A stretch of 64,000 nt of DNA from Brevirhabdus sp. (GTDB taxonomy: Bacteria; Pseudomonadota; Alphaproteobacteria; Rhodobacterales; Rhodobacteraceae). Positions 19,287-30,153 of the stretch are shown piece after piece. A program made the position numbers and the translations under genes. Within the stretch, counting starts at the first letter, position 1. Each line of letters starts with the position of its first letter. The DNA lies in contig JAGXFH010000004.1 in assembly GCA_024637315.1 (NCBI GenBank), positions 21,351 to 85,350 of the forward strand. Direction: 5' to 3'. The notes below the pieces were generated by a model. It was not told the DNA's origin. It saw only the letters and a list, made by a program, of their open reading frames with translations, and did no database searches.

Positions 19287-20501
19287 ATGACCGAGAGTTT
19301 CAAAGGCAGTTTCACCCAGCAAGAGCCGATACCCGAAGCGGCCATCGAGGCTGCAGTCGCGGTGATGAGGCACGGCCGGCTTCATCGCTACAACACCGTC
19401 CCCGGCGAAGTCGCGGAAGCCGCGCTGCTTGAACAGGAATTCGCTGGCGTGATGGGCGCGAAATACTGCCTTGCGGTGGCGTCGGGCGGCTATGCGATGG
19501 CGACGGCTTTGCGCGCCGTGGGTGTCAGGGCAGGCGACAAGGTTCTGTCGAACGCCTTCACGCTGGCGCCTGTGCCGGGCGCGATTGCCAGTCTCGACGC
19601 CGTGCCGGTGCTGGTTGAAGTGACCGAGGCGCTGACGATTGACCTGGCGGATCTCAAACGCAAGATCGACGCGTCGGGCGCGCGCGTTCTGCTGTTAAGC
19701 CACATGCGCGGGCATATTTGCGAGATGGAAAAGCTGATGACGCTTTGCGACGGGATCGGCGTGAAGGTGATCGAGGATTGCGCGCATACGATGGGGGCGT
19801 TCTGGAATGGCGTGCGGTCCGGGCGACACGGCATCGCGGGGTGCTACTCTACCCAGACATACAAGCATCTCAATTCCGGCGAAGGCGGGTTGCTGATCAC
19901 CGATGACGAGGAACTTGCGGCGCGTGCTGTGCTTCTGTCAGGGTCGTATATGCTCTATTCCGCACATCCCGCAGCACCGGGACCGGACGTATTCGAGCGG
20001 GTGAAGTACGACACGCCGAACATCTCGGGCCGGATGGACAACCTGAGGGCGGCGATCCTGCGACCGCAACTGGCGCGGCTGGCCGATCAAGTCGTCTCGT
20101 GGAATGCCCGTTACCGCGCGGTCGAGACGGGCTTGCGGGACACGCCCGGATTGCAGGTGATCGCGCGACCCGAGGCCGAAGAGTTCGTCGGCTCGTCGAT
20201 CCAGTTCCTGCTGCCGGGCTGGCAGGCGGCGGCGGTGGCGGACGTCGTGGCGCGGTGCCGCGCGCGCGGCGTCGAGTTAAAGTGGTTCGGCGCGGCAGAA
20301 CCCGTTGGCTTCACGTCGAAATACGACAGTTGGCGCTATGCCGATCCGGGCCCGATGCCGCAAACCGACCGGGTCCTGGCGGGGCTTCTTGACATGCGCC
20401 TGCCGCTGACCTTCAGCATTGCCGATTGCAAACAGATCGCCCGGATCATCTTCGCCGAGGTGGGGGCGGTCTATCGAGGGCAGGCCGCGCCTGTTTCGTG
20501 A
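19287..20501 (+). CDS. DegT/DnrJ/EryC1/StrS-family PLP-dependent aminotransferase
   Basis: Family layout with EDCAH and the PLP-lysine region YSTQTYKHLNSGEGG. Confidence 0.8.
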   Translation: MTESFKGSFTQQEPIPEAAIEAAVAVMRHGRLHRYNTVPGEVAEAALLEQEFAGVMGAKYCLAVASGGYAMATALRAVGVRAGDKVLSNAFTLAPVPGAIASLDAVPVLVEVTEALTIDLADLKRKIDASGARVLLLSHMRGHICEMEKLMTLCDGIGVKVIEDCAHTMGAFWNGVRSGRHGIAGCYSTQTYKHLNSGEGGLLITDDEELAARAVLLSGSYMLYSAHPAAPGPDVFERVKYDTPNISGRMDNLRAAILRPQLARLADQVVSWNARYRAVETGLRDTPGLQVIARPEAEEFVGSSIQFLLPGWQAAAVADVVARCRARGVELKWFGAAEPVGFTSKYDSWRYADPGPMPQTDRVLAGLLDMRLPLTFSIADCKQIARIIFAEVGAVYRGQAAPVS

Positions 20502-20529
20502 GTGGTATTTTTACGAGAAAGGCGCCAGT

Positions 20530-21000
20530 TCAGAACCGAATCGTGCCGTGGTTGCCCAAATCGGGCGTCTGATCGGTAACATTGGCCTTGGCGATTTCGT
20601 AAAGCGCCTTGGGCGCGCCGTCGATGATCCAGACCTCGGCCTCGCGGGGGGTAAACCGCACGAGGCGGATGTCGTCATCCGCGCGGCCCTCCTCGAACCA
20701 GGCAGCGGCCATGGGCGACCAGACCTCGTCCAGCGTCTTTTCGTCGGTTTCCATACTTAGCGTACCGTCGATCGTCGCGTAGAGCGCTCCATGCGAACAG
20801 GCCAAGACATGGCGCGCCGATGCGCCATTCTTGGCCTCGTCCGCAATATCGGTGCCGTCAGAGGTGATGAAATACAGCGCGTTCGATCCTTTGCGGCAGA
20901 TATGCGCCATCGGTCGCGGCGCAGCCTTGTCGGCGGATAACATGCCGGCGGTAATATTTTCGGCACGGTTCCAGAATTCGGTGGATAGATCGTCGCTCAT
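20530..21000 (-). CDS. Pyridoxamine 5'-phosphate oxidase-like (general stress protein 26-type) protein
   Basis: 156 aa. Pattern AMLSA...PMAH...LYFIT...K...I and a C-terminal VRFTPREAEVW typical of the PNPOx-like split-barrel family. Confidence 0.65.
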   Translation of the reverse strand: MSDDLSTEFWNRAENITAGMLSADKAAPRPMAHICRKGSNALYFITSDGTDIADEAKNGASARHVLACSHGALYATIDGTLSMETDEKTLDEVWSPMAAAWFEEGRADDDIRLVRFTPREAEVWIIDGAPKALYEIAKANVTDQTPDLGNHGTIRF

Positions 21001-21082
21001 CGCGTTTCCTTTGTTTGATCGGGTTTGACTGCGAAACGCGCAGCGCGATGCAAGGTTCCGCCATTCGGCGCAAACGGTGGGA

Positions 21083-21126
21083 TTGACCTGAAAGGGTCCT
21101 TGGGTGTATAAATGAACGAGCGTTCA
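21083..21126 (+). promoter_or_regulatory. Putative sigma70-type promoter (TTGACC-N18-TATAAA) with adjacent dyad TGAACG-ag-CGTTCA, upstream of the liu cluster
   Basis: Read directly. The dyad 21113-21126 lies 17 nt before the isovaleryl-CoA dehydrogenase ATG and immediately after the -10-like hexamer. Confidence 0.4.
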
Positions 21127-21143
21127 ATTAGTCGGAGCTGGCG

Positions 21144-22307
21144 ATGTTCACTGCGGGAATGACATTCGATCTGGGCGAGGACGTGAATGCGCTGCGTGAC
21201 ATGGTGCATAAATGGGCGCAGGAGCGGATCAAGCCGATCGCCGCCGAGATCGACCGCAGCAACGCGTTCCCGTCCGCTCTCTGGCGCGAAATGGGCGATT
21301 TGGGGCTGTTGGGCATCACTGTGTCAGAGGAATATGGCGGCGCAGGCATGGGCTATCTGGCGCATGTCATCGCGGTCGAGGAAATCGCGCGGGCCTCGGC
21401 CAGCGTGTCACTGTCCTACGGCGCGCATTCCAACCTGTGCGTCAATCAGATCCGCCTGAACGGCACCGACGAACAGCGCAGGAGATACCTGCCGGGGCTG
21501 ATCTCGGGCGAACATGTCGGGGCCTTGGCAATGTCAGAGGCCGGGGCGGGATCAGACGTGATCTCGATGAAACTCAAGGCCGAGAAGCGTAACGATCACT
21601 ACCGCCTGAACGGCACCAAATACTGGATCACCAACGGTCCGGACGCGGATACCCTGGTGGTCTACGCCAAGACCGATTCCGCGGCTGGATCGAAGGGCAT
21701 TACCGCCTTCCTGATTGAAAAATCGATGAAGGGCTTTTCCACTTCCCCGCATTTCGACAAGTTGGGGATGCGCGGTTCGAACACCGCCGAACTGATCTTT
21801 CAGGATGTCGAAGTACCGTTCGAGAACGTGCTGGGCGAAGAGGGGGGGGGCGTCCGGGTGCTGATGTCCGGCCTCGATTACGAGCGTGTGGTTCTCTCGG
21901 GTATCGGCACGGGCATCATGGCCGCCTGTCTTGACGAGGTCATGCCCTACTTGGCCGAGCGCAGGCAATTCGGTCAGCCGATCGGGAATTTCCAGCTGAT
22001 GCAGGGCAAGATTGCCGACATGTATACCGCGATGAACTCCGCCCGGGCCTATGTCTACGAGGTGGCCCGCGCTTGTGACCGGGGTGAAGTCACCCGCGCC
22101 GACGCCGCAGCTTGCGTGCTCTATGCCTCTGAAGAGGGCATGAAACAGGCGCATCAGGCGGTGCAGGCGATGGGGGGCGCGGGCTTCATGAACGACTCGG
22201 CCGTCAGCCGAATCTTCCGCGATGCCAAGCTGATGGAGATCGGGGCAGGAACAAGTGAGATAAGGCGGATGTTGGTTGGACGAGAGCTTATGGCCGCAAT
22301 GGCCTGA
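21144..22307 (+). CDS. liuA: Isovaleryl-CoA dehydrogenase
   Basis: Acyl-CoA dehydrogenase fold. [20 protein letters not shown] and a C-terminal catalytic region [11 protein letters not shown]. Sits with MCCase and HMG-CoA lyase genes. Confidence 0.92.
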   Translation: MFTAGMTFDLGEDVNALRDMVHKWAQERIKPIAAEIDRSNAFPSALWREMGDLGLLGITVSEEYGGAGMGYLAHVIAVEEIARASASVSLSYGAHSNLCVNQIRLNGTDEQRRRYLPGLISGEHVGALAMSEAGAGSDVISMKLKAEKRNDHYRLNGTKYWITNGPDADTLVVYAKTDSAAGSKGITAFLIEKSMKGFSTSPHFDKLGMRGSNTAELIFQDVEVPFENVLGEEGGGVRVLMSGLDYERVVLSGIGTGIMAACLDEVMPYLAERRQFGQPIGNFQLMQGKIADMYTAMNSARAYVYEVARACDRGEVTRADAAACVLYASEEGMKQAHQAVQAMGGAGFMNDSAVSRIFRDAKLMEIGAGTSEIRRMLVGRELMAAMA

Positions 22308-22332
22308 ACAACACGCCAATTAGGATGTTCCG

Positions 22333-23073
22333 ATGACCAACTTTTCCGATCTCAAGGCCCTCTACATCAACTGCACATTGAAGCGGCAGCCGTCGGAGAG
22401 CCATACCAAGCTTCTTCTCAACGCCTCGGCCGATATCATGGAGAAAAACGGCGTCGCCGTCGAACATGTCCATCTGCTGTCGTACCATGTCCCGCCCGGC
22501 ATCTACCCCGACATGACCGAACACGGCTGGGATCGCGACGACTGGCCGGACCTCTGGGAAAAGGTAAAGGCTGCGGACATCTTCGTGATCGGCACACCGA
22601 TCTGGCTGGGGGAGGAAAGCTCGGTCTGCCGGGTGCTGATCGAGCGACTTTATGCGATGTCTGGAATGCTGAACGGCAAGGGGCAGTCGATCTTCTACGG
22701 CAAGGTCGGCGGCACTGTGGTCACCGGCAATGAGGACGGCATCAAGCATGTGGCAATGACGACAGGCTTTGCGTTGTCGCATCTGGGCTATACGATTCCG
22801 CCGCAAGCCGATTGCGGCTGGATCGGCGAGGCCGGGCCGGGGGCATCTTACGGCGACGAGATGGAGGATGGCAGCCGTGCCGGGTTCGACAACGATTTCA
22901 CCCAGAGAAATACCACGATCATGACTTGGAACCTGATGCATCTGGCGGCGATGCTGAAGGCGGCGGGGGGGTATCCGAACAGGGGCAATGATCGCAACGC
23001 CTGGGGCGAGGGCGAGCGGTTCGGGTTCGAAAATCCGAAAGCCGGATTGGGCAGAGAGTCGCGGACCGGATGA
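22333..23073 (+). CDS. Flavodoxin-like fold NAD(P)H-dependent FMN reductase family protein
   Basis: LYINCTLKRQPSESHT phosphate-binding-like loop, IFVIGTPIWLGE, GNEDG. Confidence 0.7.
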   Translation: MTNFSDLKALYINCTLKRQPSESHTKLLLNASADIMEKNGVAVEHVHLLSYHVPPGIYPDMTEHGWDRDDWPDLWEKVKAADIFVIGTPIWLGEESSVCRVLIERLYAMSGMLNGKGQSIFYGKVGGTVVTGNEDGIKHVAMTTGFALSHLGYTIPPQADCGWIGEAGPGASYGDEMEDGSRAGFDNDFTQRNTTIMTWNLMHLAAMLKAAGGYPNRGNDRNAWGEGERFGFENPKAGLGRESRTG

Positions 23074-23897
23074 CCGACAACGATCCGATGAGCATCACCG
23101 ATGGCCGGAACGCGATCATCGAAAGGGTGCTTGCAGAACAGAAAGCCTATGAAGATCGCCGCGCCACGATGATGGGGCAGTGCGCAGAGCGCCTGACCGC
23201 GCCGCTCAGCGGCTGGATCGCCCGCATGATCCCGGCGACCGCTATGCGGGCGGCGCTGCGCGGCGCGGACCGCGCGGCGAAGCTGACGCTGCCTGCCGAA
23301 CTGACCGGCCATGACCTGTTGGACCTCGCCGCTTGCGACAGGGTGGCGTTGCGGGTGCAAGCCTGGTCGCAGGGGACCAACGCCGCGTCCGGCGGGCTGG
23401 CGGGCTGGTTCGGCGGGGCGGGCCTGGCTGTGGATATTCCTGCCACGATCGGGCTGGCCGCGCGCAACGTCCGCGCAACCGGTGCCGCCTACGGGTTCAC
23501 CGAAGACGGCCCCGAGGAACACGCTTTCCGCCTGATGGTGCTGGAGGTCGCGACATCGATGGCATCTGGCCGGCGAAGGGACTCGCTGAAGAACCTCAAC
23601 GATCTCGCTGCAGCGCTGGCGACACCTGAGGCGCGCTATGTCCTTTCGAAGGGTGGCGACTGGCTTACGGACAAGCTGGTGGAACGGATCGCGCGGCAAC
23701 TTGGACTGTCGCTGGCTTCGCGCAAGGCCGGACAACTTGTCCCGATCATCGGCGGCGCTGTCGCGGCGGTGGTCAATGCCAGTTTTCAGGTCGATGTCGC
23801 CCGCGCCGCCCGCTATGCCTACCGACAGCGCTGGTTGATGCAGCGCAAGCTGCTGCCCGCGCCAGAACCTGCGCCCGACAAGGACAAGACCGCATGA
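23070..23897 (+). CDS. EcsC-family protein
   Basis: About 275 aa with the Gly-rich core [30 protein letters not shown] and C-terminal [30 protein letters not shown] typical of EcsC. ATGA overlap at both ends. Confidence 0.65.
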   Translation: MTDNDPMSITDGRNAIIERVLAEQKAYEDRRATMMGQCAERLTAPLSGWIARMIPATAMRAALRGADRAAKLTLPAELTGHDLLDLAACDRVALRVQAWSQGTNAASGGLAGWFGGAGLAVDIPATIGLAARNVRATGAAYGFTEDGPEEHAFRLMVLEVATSMASGRRRDSLKNLNDLAAALATPEARYVLSKGGDWLTDKLVERIARQLGLSLASRKAGQLVPIIGGAVAAVVNASFQVDVARAARYAYRQRWLMQRKLLPAPEPAPDKDKTA

Positions 23898-25498
23898 AAC
23901 TGACCTCTGGCTTCATCGCCGGCACGCAGGAGGCGAAGGCCAACCGCGCCGCGCATCTCGAGGCGCTGGCCGGCGTCGCCGCGGCCGCAGCCCTGGCGGC
24001 GGCGGGCGGCGGCGAGAATTCTCGCGCGCGGCATGTGTCACGCGGCAAGATGCTGCCCCGCGAGCGGGTGGCGAACCTGCTCGATCCGGGCAGCCCGTTT
24101 CTGGAAGTCGGCGCAACGGCGGCGCATGGGCTTTACGACGGCGCTGCGCCTTGCGCCGGGGTCATCGCCGGGATTGGCCGGGTGATGGGGCAAGAGGTCA
24201 TGGTTGTCTGCAATGACGCCACCGTGAAGGGCGGCACTTATTACCCGATGACCGTCAAGAAGCACCTGCGCGCGCAGGAGATTGCCGAGGAATGTGCATT
24301 GCCCTGCATCTACCTTGTCGATTCAGGCGGTGCGAACCTGCCAAATCAGGACGAGGTTTTCCCTGACCGCGACCATTTCGGACGAATTTTCTACAATCAG
24401 GCGCGGATGTCGGCCAAGGGTATTCCGCAGATCGCGGTCGTCATGGGCTCCTGCACCGCAGGCGGGGCCTACGTTCCGGCCATGTCCGATGTGACCATCA
24501 TCGTTCGCGATCAGGGCACGATCTTCCTTGCCGGCCCGCCGCTGGTGAAGGCCGCGACCGGAGAGGTCGTGACGGCCGAAGACCTTGGCGGCGGTGATGT
24601 TCACACCCGGCTTTCGGGCGTCGCGGATTATCTGGCCGAGGATGACGCTCATGCCTTGGCGCTGGCCCGCCGCGCGGTCGGACATCTGAACCGCACGAAA
24701 CTTGCGACGGTGCAGATGCAGGACAGCGAAGAACCGCTCTATGACCCTGAAGATTTACTGGGAGTGGTACCGGCCGGCTTGCGCACACCCTACGACATTC
24801 GGGAGATTATCGCGCGGGTGGTCGATGGCAGCCGCTTCGACGAGTTCAAGCCTCGGTTCGGTGAGACCCTGGTCACCGGCTTCGCGCATCTGAAGGGCTG
24901 CCCGGTCGGGATCGTGGCCAATAACGGTGTACTGTTCTCGGAAGCCGCGCAGAAGGGCGCGCATTTCATCGAGCTGTGTTCGCAGCGCTCCATCCCCCTG
25001 ATCTTCCTCCAAAACATCACCGGCTTCATGGTTGGGCGGAAATATGAGAACGAAGGTATCGCCCGGCATGGCGCCAAGATGGTGACGGCGGTGGCGACAA
25101 CATCAGTGCCGAAGATCACGATGATCGTCGGCGGCTCGTTTGGCGCGGGCAATTACGGCATGGCGGGTCGGGCCTATCAGCCGCGCTTCCTCTGGACATG
25201 GCCCAACAGCCGGATCTCGGTGATGGGCGGCGAACAGGCGGCCGGCGTGCTGGCGACAGTCCGGCGCGAGGGGATCGAGCGCGCGGGCAAGACATGGTCT
25301 GCCAACCAAGAGGCGGAATTCAAGCGCCCGACGATCGAGATGTTCGAGAATCAGGCGCATCCGCTCTATGCTTCGGCGCGGCTCTGGGATGACGGCGTTA
25401 TCGATCCGCGCAAGACCCGCGACGTGCTGGCGCTGTCGCTTTCGGCGTCACTGAACAAACCGATCGAGCCGACGCGCTTTGGCATCTTCCGGATGTAG
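23894..25498 (+). CDS. liuB: Methylcrotonoyl-CoA carboxylase, carboxyltransferase (beta) subunit
   Basis: Carboxyl-transferase family, about 534 aa ([29 protein letters not shown]). Adjacent to the biotin carboxylase subunit. Confidence 0.92.
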   Translation: MKLTSGFIAGTQEAKANRAAHLEALAGVAAAAALAAAGGGENSRARHVSRGKMLPRERVANLLDPGSPFLEVGATAAHGLYDGAAPCAGVIAGIGRVMGQEVMVVCNDATVKGGTYYPMTVKKHLRAQEIAEECALPCIYLVDSGGANLPNQDEVFPDRDHFGRIFYNQARMSAKGIPQIAVVMGSCTAGGAYVPAMSDVTIIVRDQGTIFLAGPPLVKAATGEVVTAEDLGGGDVHTRLSGVADYLAEDDAHALALARRAVGHLNRTKLATVQMQDSEEPLYDPEDLLGVVPAGLRTPYDIREIIARVVDGSRFDEFKPRFGETLVTGFAHLKGCPVGIVANNGVLFSEAAQKGAHFIELCSQRSIPLIFLQNITGFMVGRKYENEGIARHGAKMVTAVATTSVPKITMIVGGSFGAGNYGMAGRAYQPRFLWTWPNSRISVMGGEQAAGVLATVRREGIERAGKTWSANQEAEFKRPTIEMFENQAHPLYASARLWDDGVIDPRKTRDVLALSLSASLNKPIEPTRFGIFRM

Positions 25499-25543
25499 GG
25501 TTCGTGCCTTCGGCGCGGATATTTTTGGACGAATGATGACCCC

Positions 25544-27460
25544 ATGTTTCACAAGTTACTCATAGCGAACCGCGGCGAGATCGCCTGCCGGGTGATCGAC
25601 ACCTGCCGCCGTCTGGGCGTGGCGACGGTGGCGGTGTATTCCGATGCCGACCGCGCCGCGCGGCATGTTGCGATGGCGGATGGCGCGGTGCACATCGGCG
25701 GCGCACTGCCAGCCGAAAGCTATCTGCGCGGCGATAAGATCATTCAGGCGGCGCTGGAAACCGGCGCCGAGGCGGTGCATCCGGGCTACGGGTTCTTGTC
25801 CGAGAACCCCGATTTCGTCGAGGCGGTCGAGACGGCGGGGCTGGTGTTTGTCGGACCCTCGGCCAAGGCGATCCGGGCGATGGGCCTCAAGGATGCAGCC
25901 AAGGCGCTGATGGAGGAGGCAGGCGTGCCGGTAGTGGCGGGCTATCACGGCGCGGATCAGGACGCCGCTCTGCTGGCGACGGAGGCCCAGAAGATCGGCT
26001 ATCCGGTGCTGATCAAGGCGGTGGCGGGCGGCGGTGGCAAGGGCATGCGGCTGGTGGAGGCGGCGAAGGGGTTTGCCGACGCGCTGGCCTCGGCGCGGGC
26101 CGAAGCGATGGGGGCGTTTGGCAATGACGCGGTGCTGATCGAAAAATTCGTCGAGAAGCCACGCCATATCGAAGTGCAGGTCTTTGGCGACGGCACCGAC
26201 GCAGTGCATCTTTTTGAGCGTGACTGTTCGCTACAGCGCCGCCATCAGAAGGTGATCGAGGAGGCCCCCGCACCCGGCATGACGCCCGGGATGCGCGAGG
26301 CGATGGGCAGGGCTGCGGTCCGCGCGGCGGCAGCGATTGGCTACAAGGGCGCGGGCACCATCGAATTTATCGTCGATGCCAGCGAAGGCCTGCGCCCCGA
26401 CCGCTTCTGGTTCATGGAGATGAACACCCGGTTGCAGGTCGAGCATCCGGTGACCGAAGCCATCACCGGTGTCGATCTGGTGGAATGGCAGTTGCGTGTC
26501 GCCTCGGGAGAGGCGCTGCCGATGCGGCAGGCGGAGTTGACGCTGACCGGCCATGCGTTCGAGGCGCGGCTCTATGCCGAGGACGTGCCAAGGGGGTTTC
26601 TACCTTCCACCGGAACGCTGACCCATCTGAAATTCCCGCATGGCGCGCGGGCAGATACCGGGGTGAGGGCAGGTGATAGGATCAGCCCGTATTACGATCC
26701 GATGATCGCCAAGATCGTGGTGCATGGCGCGACCCGCGAGATCGCGCTGTCGCAGCTTCGCCGGGCAATTACCGGAACAGAGGTGGCCGGGACGGTGACG
26801 AACCTGACCTTCCTCGGCAAGCTGGCCGCCGATCCGGATTTTTCCACTGGCGATGTCGATACCGGGCTGATTGGCCGGAAGCTGACGCATTTTCAGGCGG
26901 TTGATCCGCCACCGGGTCGGATCCGGGCGCTGGCGGCGGTGGCCGCGGCGGGCCTCAAGGGTGCGGGCGGTTTCACCCTTTGGGATCCGTTGGAGCGGAC
27001 CATCCATGTTGATGGAGACACACCATTCACGGCGATCCTGCAGGTCTACGGGCCGGGCCGGGCGCGTGTGCTTCTGGACGGCGAGGTGTTCGAGCTGACC
27101 CGCGGCCCGGAGGGGTGGAGCGATGGCCATCCGGGCCGCGCCTTGCGGATCGGCGATAGCGTCAGCGTCTTCGCCGAGCAGACCTGGAGCTTTGACATTC
27201 CCGATCCCTTCGCCGTCAATAGCGCCGTAGCGGGCGGCAACCTGATCGACGCGCCGATGCCGGGCCTGGTGAAGGCGGTCTTCGCAGAACCCGGCCAGAA
27301 GGTGTCAGCGGGCGACAGGCTGGCCGTGCTTGAGGCGATGAAGATGGAACATGCGCTGGCCGCTCCCCGCGACGGCGTGATTGCTGACGTGCTGGTCAAG
27401 GCCGGCGATCAGGTCGAGGCCGGCGCGGCGCTGGTCCGGCTGAAGGACGAGGCGGAATGA
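25544..27460 (+). CDS. liuD: Methylcrotonoyl-CoA carboxylase, biotin carboxylase/BCCP (alpha) subunit
   Basis: MFHKLLIANRGEIACRVI biotin carboxylase N-terminus, ATP-grasp domain, C-terminal biotinylation motif LEAMKMEH. Confidence 0.92.
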   Translation: MFHKLLIANRGEIACRVIDTCRRLGVATVAVYSDADRAARHVAMADGAVHIGGALPAESYLRGDKIIQAALETGAEAVHPGYGFLSENPDFVEAVETAGLVFVGPSAKAIRAMGLKDAAKALMEEAGVPVVAGYHGADQDAALLATEAQKIGYPVLIKAVAGGGGKGMRLVEAAKGFADALASARAEAMGAFGNDAVLIEKFVEKPRHIEVQVFGDGTDAVHLFERDCSLQRRHQKVIEEAPAPGMTPGMREAMGRAAVRAAAAIGYKGAGTIEFIVDASEGLRPDRFWFMEMNTRLQVEHPVTEAITGVDLVEWQLRVASGEALPMRQAELTLTGHAFEARLYAEDVPRGFLPSTGTLTHLKFPHGARADTGVRAGDRISPYYDPMIAKIVVHGATREIALSQLRRAITGTEVAGTVTNLTFLGKLAADPDFSTGDVDTGLIGRKLTHFQAVDPPPGRIRALAAVAAAGLKGAGGFTLWDPLERTIHVDGDTPFTAILQVYGPGRARVLLDGEVFELTRGPEGWSDGHPGRALRIGDSVSVFAEQTWSFDIPDPFAVNSAVAGGNLIDAPMPGLVKAVFAEPGQKVSAGDRLAVLEAMKMEHALAAPRDGVIADVLVKAGDQVEAGAALVRLKDEAE

Positions 27461-28125
27461 TCCGGCTGCATCACTGTCACCAGACCCGCTCGATGCGGTC
27501 GCTCTGGCTGCTGAACGAACTGGGCGTCGAGTTCGAGGTCGCGGTCTATCCGTTCGACGAAACCCTGCGCTCGGATCAATATCTGACTCTGCATCCGGTG
27601 GGCAGGGTTCCGGTGCTGGAGCTTAACGGCGAGGTGATATGGGAAACCGGGGCGATCACCCAAGTGCTTTGTGAACGGTTCCCAGAACGCGGCCTGGGGC
27701 GCGAGCCGGATGATCTTGACCGCGCCGATTGGCTTATATGGCTGCATTTCGCGGAAACCATCAGCCAGCACGCGGCGGCTTTGACCCAACAGCATGTCGT
27801 CCTTTACGAAGATGCGATGCGCAGCCCGATCGTGATGAAGCTCGAGGCCAAGCGGCTGGAGAAATGCTACGGAGCCATTGAGGCGCGGTTGTCTACGCCG
27901 ATCGAGAACCGCGATTACTTGCTGACCTCGGGGTTTTCAGCTGCCGATATCAGTGTCGGGCAGGCGGTTTACATGGCTCGGCATTTTGCCCGGATCGAGC
28001 CGTTTGCGGAATTGACCAAGTGGTATGCCCGTCTGACCGAAAGGCCGGCGTTTCAGGAGTCGCTGCCGCCGAGCGATGCGGCCCGGCTTTACGAACGCGA
28101 TTTCTATGAGGCCTGGGATGTCTGA
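27457..28125 (+). CDS. Glutathione S-transferase family protein
   Basis: Thioredoxin-like N-domain (RSMRSLWLLNELG, VGRVPVLE, ETGAI) and a helical C-domain. ATGA overlap with liuD. Confidence 0.85.
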   Translation: MIRLHHCHQTRSMRSLWLLNELGVEFEVAVYPFDETLRSDQYLTLHPVGRVPVLELNGEVIWETGAITQVLCERFPERGLGREPDDLDRADWLIWLHFAETISQHAAALTQQHVVLYEDAMRSPIVMKLEAKRLEKCYGAIEARLSTPIENRDYLLTSGFSAADISVGQAVYMARHFARIEPFAELTKWYARLTERPAFQESLPPSDAARLYERDFYEAWDV

Positions 28126-28987
28126 ATACGTCGAAATATTCGAAGTCGGTCCGCGTGACGGATTGCAAAACGAAACGGTGAAGATCCCGACGCGGGACAA
28201 GATCGGGCTGGTTGACCTTCTGTCTCAGGCCGGATTCCGGCGCATCGAAGTGGCCAGCTTCGTCAGCCCGAAATGGGTGCCGCAGATGGCCGACAGCGCC
28301 GAGGTGCTGGCCGGGATCGCCCGCGCGTCAGGCATATCCTATGCAGCACTGACGCCGAACATGCAGGGTCTTGACCGCGCGATCGAGGCCGGGGCCGACG
28401 AGATCGCGATCTTCGGCTCGGCGAGCGAGGGGTTCAGCAAAAAGAACATCAACTGCTCGATTGCCGAAAGCCTGAAGCGTTTCAGGCCGGTAGCCGAAGA
28501 GGCTCATGCGGCGAACGTGAAGGTGCGGGGGTATGTCTCTTGCATCACCGATTGCCCATATGACGGCCCGACGCCGCCGGAAAAGGTCGCCGACGTGGCG
28601 GGTGCGTTGTACGAGATGGGGTGCTACGAGATATCGCTGGGCGATACCATCGGCAGGGCTACGCCCGACAGCGTCCGCACCATGCTCGAGGCGGTGATCG
28701 AGGTCGTTCCGGCCGAGGATCTGGCCGGGCATTTCCACGATACCGGCGGTCGGGCGCTGGAGAATATCGAGGTCTCGCTTGGCATGGGCTTGCGGGTTTT
28801 CGACGCGGCGGTTGGCGGTTTGGGTGGTTGCCCCTATGCGCCCGGCGCGAAAGGCAATGTGGCGACCGAGGCGGTGAATGCTCTGTTGGTGCGGTTGGGA
28901 TTCGAGACCGGGCTGGATGCCGAGGTGCTGAACCGGGCGGCAGCGATGGCGCGGGCGTTGCGGGCTGGCGAGGGGGGGAACAGATGA
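28118..28987 (+). CDS. liuE: Hydroxymethylglutaryl-CoA lyase
   Basis: Inner ATG 28118. VEIFEVGPRDGLQNE, HFHDTGG and GGLGGCPYAPGAKGNV motifs. Confidence 0.92.
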   Translation: MSEYVEIFEVGPRDGLQNETVKIPTRDKIGLVDLLSQAGFRRIEVASFVSPKWVPQMADSAEVLAGIARASGISYAALTPNMQGLDRAIEAGADEIAIFGSASEGFSKKNINCSIAESLKRFRPVAEEAHAANVKVRGYVSCITDCPYDGPTPPEKVADVAGALYEMGCYEISLGDTIGRATPDSVRTMLEAVIEVVPAEDLAGHFHDTGGRALENIEVSLGMGLRVFDAAVGGLGGCPYAPGAKGNVATEAVNALLVRLGFETGLDAEVLNRAAAMARALRAGEGGNR

Positions 28988-29772
28988 CTGAAACGGTTCT
29001 GATCGACACTGACGACCGGGGTGTCGCGACGCTGACGCTTAACCGACCGGACAAGCACAACGCGCTGTCGGCGGAGATGATTGCCGATCTGACCGACGCC
29101 GCGCGACGTCTGGGACGCGACCCGGCGGTGCGGGTGGTTGTGCTGACCGGGGCCGGCAAGAGCTTCTGCGCCGGCGGTGATCTGATGTGGATGAAGGCGC
29201 AGATCGCTGCCAGCGGGGCGAACCGCGCGGCAGAGGCCAAGAAGCTGGCGATGATGTTGCAGGCGCTGAACACGCTGCCGAAGCCGCTGATCGGCGCGGT
29301 GCAGGGCAATGCCCTGGGCGGCGGTGTCGGCATGGCCAGCGTCTGCGATGTGGCAATTGGAGTCGAGGGCGCGAAATTCGGGTTGACCGAGACGAAGTTG
29401 GGCCTGATCCCAGCCACCATCGGCCCCTATGTCATCGCCCGGATGGGCGAAGCGCGGGCGCGCAGGGTGTTCATGTCGGCACGGATATTCGAGGCGCCGG
29501 AAGCGGTGGAGCTGGGCCTGCTCGCCCGCGCTGTCGCCGCCGCCGATCTTCCGGCGGCGGTCGAGGCCGAAGTGGTGCCCTATCTCGCATGCGCCCCCGG
29601 CGCGGTCGCCGCCGCGAAAGTCCTTGCGCGCAAGCTGGGTCCGACGATTGACGAGTCGGTGATCGCAGAAACCATCTCTGCGCTCGTGGACCGATGGGAA
29701 AGCCCGGAAGCCGCAGAGGGGATCAACGCGTTCTTCGACAAGACCAAACCCATTTGGGCCGAGGGCGCGTGA
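28984..29772 (+). CDS. liuC: Enoyl-CoA hydratase (methylglutaconyl-CoA hydratase-like)
   Basis: Inner ATG 28984 (ATGA overlap with liuE). Crotonase motifs LTLNRPDKHNAL, FCAGGDL, GGGVGM. Confidence 0.85.
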   Translation: MTETVLIDTDDRGVATLTLNRPDKHNALSAEMIADLTDAARRLGRDPAVRVVVLTGAGKSFCAGGDLMWMKAQIAASGANRAAEAKKLAMMLQALNTLPKPLIGAVQGNALGGGVGMASVCDVAIGVEGAKFGLTETKLGLIPATIGPYVIARMGEARARRVFMSARIFEAPEAVELGLLARAVAAADLPAAVEAEVVPYLACAPGAVAAAKVLARKLGPTIDESVIAETISALVDRWESPEAAEGINAFFDKTKPIWAEGA

Positions 29773-30143
29773 CTGCCCTGGCAGCATATCTATACGTGGC
29801 ATTGGCAGGTGTGGCTGCTCTGTTCCAGATCGCCCTGGCGATAGGCGCGCCCTGGGGCCAACTTGCGCTTGGCGGGCGATACCAGGGCCGGCCGCCGCCG
29901 CTTGTCCGGCTCTTGGCGCTGGTGCAGGTCTTCGTGATCACTGGCATGGCGTTGGTGGTCGCATCGCGCGCCGGGATCACCGGGATCCCGGCCGGGCCGC
30001 GCTGGGTCTTCTGGCTGGTTCTGCTGCTGACGGCGGCCAGCTCGGTCGGCAACCTCACGACACCTTCGCGCCCGGAACGTTTGGTCTGGGGCCCGGTCAC
30101 GATGGCGATGCTTCTGCCTGCGGCTGTCGTGGCGTTCGCCTGA
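29769..30143 (+). CDS. Hypothetical 4-TM membrane protein
   Basis: GTG 29769 overlaps the liuC TGA (GTGA). Hydrophobic throughout. The start is tentative (the track ORF begins at 29694, inside liuC). Confidence 0.5.
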   Translation: MTALAAYLYVALAGVAALFQIALAIGAPWGQLALGGRYQGRPPPLVRLLALVQVFVITGMALVVASRAGITGIPAGPRWVFWLVLLLTAASSVGNLTTPSRPERLVWGPVTMAMLLPAAVVAFA

Positions 30144-30153
30144 TCGCTCGACA

